Shown piece by piece: positions 52,645 through 62,671 of a DNA stretch of 62,671 nucleotides; within the stretch, counting starts at the first letter, position 1, and every line of letters begins with the position of its first letter. Location: the NCBI RefSeq assembly GCF_004010195.1, contig NC_057728.1, positions 40,858,376-40,921,046 of the forward strand, given 5' to 3'. Source of the DNA: Chiloscyllium plagiosum (taxonomy: Eukaryota). A model generated the notes under the pieces. The model searched no databases and was not told the origin of the DNA. It saw only the letters and a program-made list of their open reading frames with translations. The translations under genes and the position numbers were made by a program.

Positions 52645-52845
52645 ATGCGTGGGTTTCCTCTGGGTGCTCCGGTTTCCTCCCACAGTCCAAAGATGTGCAG
52701 GTCAGGTGAATTGGCCATGCTAAATTGCCCGTAGTGTTAGGTAAGGGGTAAACGTAAGGGTATGGGTGGGTTGCGCTTCGGCGGGGCGGTGTGGACTTGT
52801 TGGGCCGAAGGGCCTGTTTCCACACTGTAAATAATCTAATCTAAT
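52645..52845 (+). mobile_element. 5'-truncated young HE1 SINE
   Basis: Near-identical reverse complement of 36470-36660; (taatc)n tail. Confidence 0.9.
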
Positions 52846-52989
52846 TTAATATGTTTTCAGCTAGAAATTAAGAGTTCCTCCTTTATCATTGAAATGTCAT
52901 ACCTGATGCTCTGTACAATTGCACATTTAAGACTTAACCTTCTGAAGTTTCACTGAGTTTATTCAGTTTGGGTAGTTGGACTATAAGAT

Positions 52990-53720
52990 TATCAGATAGA
53001 AGAGCTGTATTAGGCCAGATGGCCCATCAAGTATGCTCTGATGTTTAGAGTTGTAGAACTGTACAGCACAGAAACAGACCCTTCAGTCCAACTCATCCAC
53101 GCTGACCAGATACCTGACATCAATCTACAACATTTTGCCAACATTTTACGCATATCTGGTTGATATGTTTCTCAACGCCATTCTCCTGCCTTCTCCATGT
53201 AGCCCTTGATCCCCTTACTAATCAAGAATCTATCTAGCACTGTTTTCAAGACATTCAATGACTTGGCCTCCTCAGCCCTCTATGGCAATGCATTCCACAG
53301 ATTAACCATCCTCTGCTGAAGGACCATCCCAGTTCTAAAGGGCTGGTGGGAATATCTTCTTCATGTCCACCCTATCCGGGCCTCTCAGTATTCTGATGAA
53401 GGGCTTCTGTCCAAAACATCAATTCTCCTGCTCCTTGATGTTGTCTGACTTGCTGTGCTTTTCCACCACCATCCCCTTGACTCTTAATATTCTGAAAGTT
53501 TCAATCAGACTCCACCCCCACCATCCTTCTAAACTCCATTGAGTACAGACCCAGAGTACTCAACTGTACCGCATAACAAGCCCTTCATCCCTGGGATCAT
53601 TCTTGTAAATATCCTGTGGGTCCCCTTCAAGGCCAGCACATTCTTCCTTAGACACAGGGCCCAAAACTGCTCAAAGCATTCCAAAAGAGTTCTGACCAGA
53701 TTGTTGCAGGACAGGTTTTG
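52990..53720 (-). mobile_element. Nested CR1 3' fragments with a family A arm at ~53393-53484 (+)
   Basis: CR1 motifs (ORF 53529-53729). The insert reads ctgatgaagggcttctgtccaaaacatc... Confidence 0.7.
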
Positions 53721-56700
53721 GTCTTTCATGCATTAGTGATAAATTGCTTGTGCAAAACATTTAAAGTTGGCATCAAAAATCGCACCGTTTAAAGCATAAA
53801 GTATAATATAGTTTAGCATGAGAACATTTCGAAGTAACTTTCAACTAATAAGTAACGAGTAACTTGTGGACTTTGAGACTGCCTAACAGCACACATCAGC
53901 ACTCTTCAGCACATATTGAGAGTTTTGAGTGCCAAAAACTGTCTGGTTTAGTTTACATGAATAATTTGTCTTTAAAACTGTCTATTTACAGGCACAATAA
54001 GTTACTTTAAAATGTAATTCACAATTTTCTTCTTACGAACAGCTTTTGTGTACTTGTGGTTGGGATTCTAATCGTGTAAGGTCAAGACTGAAAGCAGTCA
54101 TCTTTTGTCTGAATAAAGGTGAAAAAAAATGCATTTTTAAAACTCTCTTTTTAGATGTTGTTATCCTTCTACTGATCTGTGATACACTGGGATTGAATCA
54201 AGTATCATTTCACTAGTGCTCTATCAAATGCAAGATAGCTAAACAACAAACAAAGGTAAACATTTTCTGAATTACTGAAATTTTGATCAATGTGTCAGAA
54301 CTTGTCTCTTTTGTGAGAAGAAGGAAGTAGAAAATAAAGTTGGTTTGCAGTTGATGTGTAGACAAAAGATTTACCTGGCTTTGTAATATTTGCCATCTTA
54401 AATAACTGATCTGCACTGCACCCAAGTAGGCTGTTAATTTGGTGGCATAATTTCAGAAGGAAGTTTGAGCGTTGCGCCAATCAAATGGAACCGATCGAAT
54501 AAGGAGAAGCCATTTTAAATACTTGTGTTCTCCAGTTCTTCAGTAGTAGTGGCTGCACTATTCTTAATTCTCTTGTGGGCAAAAAGGCACATATCTAAAA
54601 CTGGATTAAGGGCCTCATTGATGATCGCTAAAGAGAGAAAACAAAGGAGACATGAGCAGAAAGATTTGATTTAAAGAGGTCTTGTGTTACATAAAGACAT
54701 GTCTATGCAAAATTTAGTCATTATGGTTTTGAAGGGAAATGTTGCTGTGCAAAGCTGAAAGCTGTTTCTAGTTTAATAACACAAATTCCCCCATCAGCCT
54801 TGTTATAAGATTTTTACTTGTTTATTGAAGGAAGTAGGAATATGGTTCTCTCAATACTCATGTAACATTATGTCATTACATATTTTAAAACCATGTTTAA
54901 CACCACACTGGAGTTTTACTGCATTTTGTGTCAAATCCAAATGATGTACCAGTAGACTCTGTTATTAGTGTAACTTGTACGGTAATTTAAATATTGCTAC
55001 ACCATGGAAACCTGTTGGAAAATATGATCAAGGTTGAAGGAACAGCTTATTGTTCTAGTTCCAATATTCATGTGCCACAAACATATTTTCCAGTTCCCAA
55101 TATAGCTATATCAAGTTTTAAATGAAAAATACCCATCAACCAGGTTTCTTTTCATGTTGGTTTGATATTAAACAAAATTTATTCAATGAAGATGCAAAAC
55201 TGGCCTGTAATACTGAAGTAAAAATATTTATCCTTCTTTAAATAAACCAAAAGACATGCTCATGCAAACCACATAAAGGCTGAAAACTGTTTTGTTTGCA
55301 GGATTATTTTTCTGAACAAAGAACTGTTTTTTTTTGGGCTAATCGAGTTTCGTCCTTCAAGAGAACAGACACCAGTGTGGAATGTTCATGTTGTTTTCCA
55401 GTCCAGTGGTCAGGTACTCACAAACAGCTCCCGAAACACACAGTCAGAAATCTTGGCAGATACAACATATTACAGGAATAAATTATTGAGAAATTGCACG
55501 TGATTGAAGGAGCTTCCTAGACCAAATAGGTTTCACCTGCACTCACTTCAAGAACAATTTTCAGAAATTGGAGAAATCAGCTCAACAGTGCTTTCCATTT
55601 AGCTATACCCTTGCCTCCCAATGAAGACCAGAGCCAACTTCAAGCTGATACTGTTCAAACATCCCCAGCAGGAGCCTTCAGCTAAATAAAACATTATCGT
55701 AAATCATATGATTTCTAGGAAGTCTTGATTTTAAAGGGACCTAATGTCCACAGTGAACCTTTCAATGACCTTGCTTTAAAAAAAATCCAAGTGTCTCCAC
55801 AAATTGAAATAAATCAATTATTCCACAATCTTTCAAAGCGAGTCCTCAAATATAAAACGCTTCATATTTAAAAGCGGTTCTAAGATTGCAGTAGATTATC
55901 TAAAATACTGCTGGCAAAACGAATGCTCACTTTTAGTAGTGGCCTTCCCTCCCAAGGTTTTATTTTGGTTAGTTATTGCTAGTTTCATCTTCAACAATTC
56001 TGTCTTTGTGTTAGAATTGTGGAATGGTAACAGCATAGAGGGGGCCTATTCAGCCTGTCATTTCTGTACTGGTTTTCTGAAGAAGAAAGTCACTTAGTGT
56101 TATTGCCCTGCCTTTTCCCTCAGCCCTGCAAATTTTTCCTTTTCAGATAGTGGTCCAATTTGCATTTTCAAAACCTCCATTTACCCTGCTTCCACTGTTG
56201 ATTTGTATTTCTGTAGCCATGGTATCATTTAAAGCATGGAACTAGGCAGAGACTTCCTGAGAGCTATGGGGCTTTGTTTACATTGGGAAAGTTAATGTGT
56301 GAACAAAGTAAATTGTGTAGTGCATTACTAAGGCTAGATTTAATTTCCGATATATCAACGGAGTTGAAATTCCATGAGCTGATATGGTTGGGGTTGAGCC
56401 CAGATGAGCCTGGACCTTTTGTTCACTGGTCCAGTCACATTACACTATGCCACTGTGTCTCTAAATCATGGTTCACAATACTTCTATATTTTGCATGATC
56501 CACAAACTTTGTGTGCTATACACAAAAGTCTATATCATGGATCTATACCAGGTTTCGTAACATTGATCCTTAGGGAATACCACAATTATCCTTCTCTAGT
56601 CTGAAAAAGAAAATTACCATTCGTTCCCTGTCATTCTGTCAGTTTTGTATCCATGTTGTTACTGTCCATTTTTTATTCCATAAGTTATAGATACGTCCCA

Positions 56701-59700
56701 AGACTGTTGTTGGCATTTCATTAAATGCTTTTTGGAAGTCAACATACGTCACATTAAATCATATTATTCTCATCCAACCCTCAAACAACTCAAGTGCATT
56801 AGTTAAAAACTGTCTTTTTCCTTAACAAATTGATAGTGGATTTACTTAGTCAATCCATAATTTTCCACTTTTGTTTCACCATCATTTCTAAAAGCATCCC
56901 CACACAGAGGTTAAGCTGACAGGCCTGTAATTGCTGGGCTTATCATGATGCACTTTAATTCTCCAAGCCTTAGGCATCACTCCCAATTTTCCCTGCAATT
57001 TCTGCACTCAACTTCTTCTGTATTCTTCAATGCATTTATTTGTTCCTGGCACCTTATCACTTTTAAGTACAAGTAACGTACGGTCATCCTGTCAATTTTA
57101 AAACAATCTGGTGTCTGAACTCCATCTTCTTACACCATGACCCAGGCAGCACATTATATTCCTTCATAAAGAAATGCCAGAGTCTCTTGCTTTTAAATTC
57201 CATGTGTAGCCTGTATAGTCTCATTGTTTTTTATGCCAAATGCACCACATATGTATGTAATCCTTCTCTTTCTGTTATGAACATAAGTTTCACTTTCATT
57301 TGCTCCATTTGTTTCACCACATTGTGGTTGTTTCTCATTTCCTTGTTTGTGCCATGAGAATATTCCATACTAAGTGGCAAAGAATACACTTGTTCACCCA
57401 GAAGCTAGGATTTTAACTGTGCTCTCAAAGTTAGGGAGAAGTTATTAATTCTTCATTCATTAACTTTCACATTTTAGACAAAAACTTTCAAAGTAAAATC
57501 ATGGCCTTCCATGCAACTCTAGGTTTGTTTTTACTTTTAACTCCCTTTTTAATATCAAAGTAAAAGAATGATCAGATATTGTTTTGTGTTCTAGGTTGGG
57601 TTGGATTCTTTGCTCCCCTTATTCCAGAATGTGGGTAACAGAGATTTGGACCAAATTTGAAATCAAAGTGAAATGCATTCTGTGTTGTGACGCAGATACA
57701 CTATTAGGTAAATAGAGAAAATATGAAGCTTATTTGCTCTTGGCATACTGGTAATGAAGAGGGTTGTAAAAGTAGGAATAGGTTTTGATGAAATGTATGA
57801 TCTAAGCCTTCAGTGGAATAAACATTGGTAGAAATACTGAATAAATACTTTACCACCATTTTTCTAAGATTTGAATATTGACCTTTATGAAATAATTAGT
57901 GGAAGTTTACCAGATTGTATTAAGTTGGGAAATTTTATGCCAATTAGTTATCAATTGTTGGAAAACTATTGGAGTTTGTAAATACAGGGTGAAATTACAA
58001 ACGCCTGGATACCTGCAGAATTTGGGACTATCTGGTCTGAATTTTTAAAATGCAGTTTTCCTTGGTTAACTGCAAGGAATTCTTTAATAGACAAAATACA
58101 GATCAGCTGAAGTAGAATGGAGATTTGGTAGATGGGAAAAGGAATTTGCTACTCAGCCTGATGAATAAATGCTCAATATCCAGATTCTGGGTAAATTGAG
58201 CAACATGTCAGACCTCCCCCCTGAGGTTTCAGAGTTTCTGGAGCTTATAAAGGATCAGCAGAGAAGCTGACGGCAAAGATGAGAGGGCACAAGCTAGGTC
58301 CCTTACTCTTCCATTAGCCATAGGGCAGGACTCTTACTGGAAGCCGTTTGTCCAACATTGGTTACTCAATGTTCTGCAAATCCTAGCATGGGTTTTTTAC
58401 ATAATTTTCCAGGAGCTTGTGTGGGCCATTTCCTGGGAATGCCTTCGCCCTTGGAAAATGATCTGAACCCATGCATATATTGGGTTTGGGTCCACTTTGT
58501 CTAGAGCATGTTTTCAGGTACACAGATAACAACAGGAAAATTATTATCAAAATGTTACTTGGATCTTAAGATGCTTCACAAGGGACCATTGGGAATATTA
58601 ATGATGCTTGGAATTAAGGGGAAATGTGGATAGAATGGTGGTTGGATGGCAGAAAGCAGAGTTTGTATGTAAAATTTTAAGAGAAGTTTTAAGTGAGCAC
58701 CAGAAAAGCCAGAGTTGTGAAATCTATTCAAAATTGAAATAAAAGTTTGTTTGTGAAAGATAAATTTTCAAGAATGGGAGGATGATCATAGTGCAATTCA
58801 ATATGTTAGCTTGTAGAGAAAAGCACTAGTACAGGCTTGATAGACAGAATGGCCTGTTTCTTGGCTGCAACATTCTATGCAGCATTGAGTGCTCCAGGAT
58901 TTTTTGCTGAAATAACACCTGCAGAACTGAGTAGCACATAGGAAAAGCTGAGTGCTTTAATTTGCTTAAAATCCACTATTTCAGCAGACGCACATTGGCA
59001 TGCTCATTATGAGCATTAATGGATAGAAAGCGATGTAACCGTTGAAGTGTGACAGCTAAGTTCTCTCCAGCATGCTGATATTTATTTCCTGACTTCTCAT
59101 CTCCCCGACCCTTAAAAATGTGCTTTGGACTTAACTTGATATAATTCAATTAATTATCTACTCATGTACAAGGAGTTGTGTTGAGAGTTTTGCACAGAGT
59201 ATCTGATATGCATTAAAGTCTTTGAGATGATGTTAACTGCATGCCATGGTGTTTCAGAACTACATACATTCCTGATTTTTGCTTCCATTTAAGCTGATTT
59301 ATTTGTTCTACACTAGGGCAGCCGTCATTGTATGATAGTCAGTATCAATATTCAATAAGCCGAGGAGCTTACGTTTCTGACTGCTATCTGACTCTTTGGT
59401 GTACATGTTTAGAAAAAAAAGTATGAAAAGACTGGTTTCTGTTTGAGTGTGATGACTCCCTTGGTGAAATAGCCAAACAGAATTCATTGTCTGACTTTTT
59501 TCAGGATGAAATTACCAATCTGGCACAGAATAACTACAATTATTGTATTCCCTCAGATGGAAGATGCAAAGAACTAAGAAATTTCCACAGGAGAAAAATG
59601 TGATATTGGATACTAAAATCTGTAACGTGAATGCTGTGTATTTCTAAACGAAATCTATAACAGATTTCACGATGATCCAGTGCAACAGAAATGTAATAAC

Positions 59701-59976
59701 TTATGAAACTGTCAGTTACAATTGTCTAGAGCTTTTGAAGCCCTCAGTTAGTGATGGGTCAAAACATCAACCGGAATGATCAAGAGTGGGGTTGGATTTC
59801 TGCCTTTCTCTATGAATTATATCAATAACGTCAGGTAGGTTGTGTGGTGGTATAAAGTTTGTAGACTAGGAAAGGCTCATCAAGGTTTGATCTTCAGCCT
59901 TGCTCTAATGTATTTCTAACCTCAGTGACATTTAATTGGTTCCTTCCGCAGACATGTGAGGCTTATCATGGTCATT

Positions 59977-60181
59977 CGAGGAGAAAGTGAGTCTGCAGAT
60001 GCTGGAGATCAAAGTTGAAACTTTATTGCTGGAACAGCACAGCAGGTCAGGCAGCATCCAGGGAACAGGAGATTCGACGTTTCGGGCACAGGCCGAAGAA
60101 GGGCCTGTGCCCGAAACGTCGAATCTCCTGTTCCCTGGATGCTGCCTGACCTGCTGTGCTGTTCCAGCAATAAAGTTTCAA
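59977..60181. mobile_element. Very young family A palindromic element
   Basis: Perfect 83-bp inverted repeat (60012-60094 / 60102-60184) with a 7-nt loop and a 35-nt tail (59977-60011). Perfect TSD cttatcatggtcatt at 59962-59976 / 60182-60196. Confidence 0.92.
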
Positions 60182-61942
60182 CTTATCATGGTCATTACAG
60201 TACTGAAGCAGGCTATTCAGCCCATCATGCATGCACTGGCTCTCTGTAGAGCAATCGCTTCACTCTATTCCTATAGGCAAATATATTTCCTTTAAGTGCC
60301 AATGCAATTCCTTTTAAAATTATTAGCTGTCTTCACTTCTGCCTCTCTTGCTGGTAGTTATTTCCAGATCCTTTGGTGGCCATGTTTCAAGCAGTGGATG
60401 CAATGGCTTCTAATCTCAGATGTTTATATGCAAAGAGGCTTATTGAAGATCACGTGACCATGGAAAGCCATAAAGCACAATCTTTTCCAAACATCTTCCT
60501 TTTCACAAAAATAAGAAGACATATGTGCACGCATGCAAGCTACAAAGAAAATCATTACATGTGCAGAAGACAGTTTTCATTTTATTTGTTCCAGCTTCTT
60601 TATCTGCACATAATTTTGTAACTATTTAGGTCTTCTAATGGTACATGTGCAAACTATTATTGGCTGTTGTTCTGATGTCCACTTGTCCTAAGAGTAGTGT
60701 TACCTCTTTGGGTAGCCTCACCAGTAGCACATGAATCTCTGCAATCATGAGGGTATGTTCACTTTCACTGTGTCTGATTGGAGTGACATTTTTTTAAAAA
60801 CTGGGCACATATTGCCAAATGAGTTCACTTTTGTTGAGTGTTTGCACTCTTTCATGTCACCTTGTTAATTGTGCTTCTTTATATTGCTCCATTGTTCTGA
60901 TTCAAGGGAGGACTATTTACAGCTGTGCAAATAAGTTTGCATGGAAACTTAAATTCAAATTGTTCTTTGTAACTTTAGTTTTGGTGCTGTATATATTTGA
61001 TTTTGTAGAAAATGATGCCTGACACAGACTGCATTTAAAACTACAAAGCCCTGAGTTAGTGAGTCTTTGTAATAGTTTAATAATTAGGTTTGTCAGCCTC
61101 CAGATTTATTCCAAAAGACTTTTATTATCCTCTTGGTCATTATAAGTCAGAGAGTACTTTTAAGAGCTTTGTCAGATATAATATTAGAGATACTACTTTA
61201 CAGTGAATGAATTAATAAAAATGGGATTTGATTTAATATTCTAGAATTTTTACATATGCTTTAGAAATTGAATTTTGCAATGATGTATTTCACAGGAGAC
61301 AATGGAGAAGAGTAAAGAGTTTATAATTATGTGGCAAATATAGCAAACTGATGTAAAGGCAGGTAAGCTGGAAGGAGATGAAGGAGCAGGAATATGAGGA
61401 AAATGTCCTGCTCGATGGGACTGGACAATGTTGACCCATGAGGTTCTATTCTGGAATTGGTTTCATTCATTGTGTACCTCAACAATTTGAATACACAGTG
61501 TCAGTACAAAGCTAGGTAGGAATGTAAGTTTTAAGAAGAGGTAAGAAAGATTCACAGAACCACAGACATATTACAGTGCAGAAGGAAACCATACAGCCAA
61601 CTGTGCATGTACTATCTCTTCAAACCAGCATCATTGCCTCATACCAATCTGCTGCATTTTCCTCCATACCCTTGCATACTAATTGTATTCACATAATTAT
61701 CTAATGCCAAAGCCTCAATTTAAAATAACCTAAAGGAAACCTCTAGCCATCTGGATTGTCATGGCTATTTTTAATGGAGGGATATTATGTTATTAAATTA
61801 TGACATGCTGGAAATAATTAGAACTGGAAAAGCTTGGTAGAGGAAACTGGAAATTTCAATCCGGCATGGTAACAGACTGGTGAACATCCCGTGAGAGCTA
61901 AGGGAGTGGCTTTGTGAATGTCCTTTTTGTTTTTATTACACT

Positions 61943-62230
61943 ACATAGAGTCATAGAGAAATACAGAACAGAAACAGGCTCTTCGGTTCAACTCATCCAT
62001 GCCAATCAGATATCCTTAATTAATCTAGTCCCATTTGCCAGCATTTGGCCCATAACCCTCTAAACCCTTTCTATTCATGTACCCAACCAAATGCCTTTTC
62101 AAATGTTGTAGTTGCACCAGCCTGCACCACTTCCTCTGGCAGCTCATTCCATACTCTTACCACCCTCTGCATGTAAACTTTACCCCTTAGGTCCCTTTTT
62201 AAATATTTCCCCTCTCACTATAAACCTATG
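61943..62230 (-). mobile_element. CR1 3' end
   Basis: Homologous to 48535-48820. Confidence 0.85.
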
Positions 62231-62671
62231 CACAGGAGTTTGTGGGTAAAATTGAGGACACTGTACAGAGGTTCATCCCCAAGAAGAGAAAGATTATCCG
62301 TGGAAGGATTAGATAGCCATGGCTGACAAAGGAAGCCAGGAAATGTATCACAGAAAAAGAGAGCACCTATAAAGTGGCCAAGAGCACTGGGAAATTAGAA
62401 GATTGGGAAGACTACAAAAACAAACAGAGGATAACAAAGAGAGAAATCAGGAAGGAGAGGATCAAATATGAAGGTAGGCTAGCCAGTAATATTAGAAATG
62501 ATAGTAAAAGTGTCTTTCAAAGCATAAGAAACAAACGACAGGCAAGAGTAGACATTGGGCCACTTCAAACTGATGCTGGAAGCCTAGTGATGGGAGATAA
62601 GGAAATAGCAGGAGGACTTAATAAGTACTTTGCATCAGTCTTCACAGTGGAAGACATGAGTAATATCCCAA
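62231..62671 (+). mobile_element. CR1 ORF2 fragment (pre-RT region) running off the window
   Basis: PWLTKE..., KREIRKERIKYEGRLASNIRNDSK.., LNKYFASVFTVED motifs. Confidence 0.85.

Noticed and set aside
59490..59560. Acceptor-like ttttttcag|GATGAAATT as GRIP1 exon 2
   Set aside because: Joined to the phase-1 donor it gives an immediate TGA, and there is no GRIP1 similarity.
1..62671. CRISPR arrays, operons or prokaryotic defence systems
   Set aside because: The sequence is vertebrate-type, with no regularly spaced repeat-spacer array and no dense intronless gene clusters.

Overview
Eukaryotic, AT-rich, repeat-dense vertebrate DNA. The repeat set (HE1/V-SINEs, several CR1 families, L1, RTE, Penelope-like elements) points to a cartilaginous fish, probably a shark; this is an inference. 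I can support only one host coding exon: a 55-nt first coding exon at 10075-10129 (+) in a CpG-rich promoter-like segment. It encodes MPVWKKNMPSCLQADHDR, which matches my recollection of the Cys11-palmitoylated GRIP1b N-terminus, so the downstream ~52 kb is probably GRIP1 intron. Almost all other listed ORFs are transposon remnants or chance ORFs. The most striking unannotated signal is a set of at least 15 short copies derived from Penelope-like element (PLE) termini, in 2-3 families with unrelated sequence. Many are palindromes with a one-sided ~33-36 nt tail and 13-17 bp target duplications (one is 110 bp). Most carry a minimal hammerhead-ribozyme-like core or a decayed version of it (CUGANGA-A-stem II-GAAA-self-complementary tetramer-H), with compensatory stem changes between families. 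One family is physically linked to a GIY-YIG Penelope endonuclease ORF. All calls were made by eye; no searches were run, and boundaries of old repeats are approximate.
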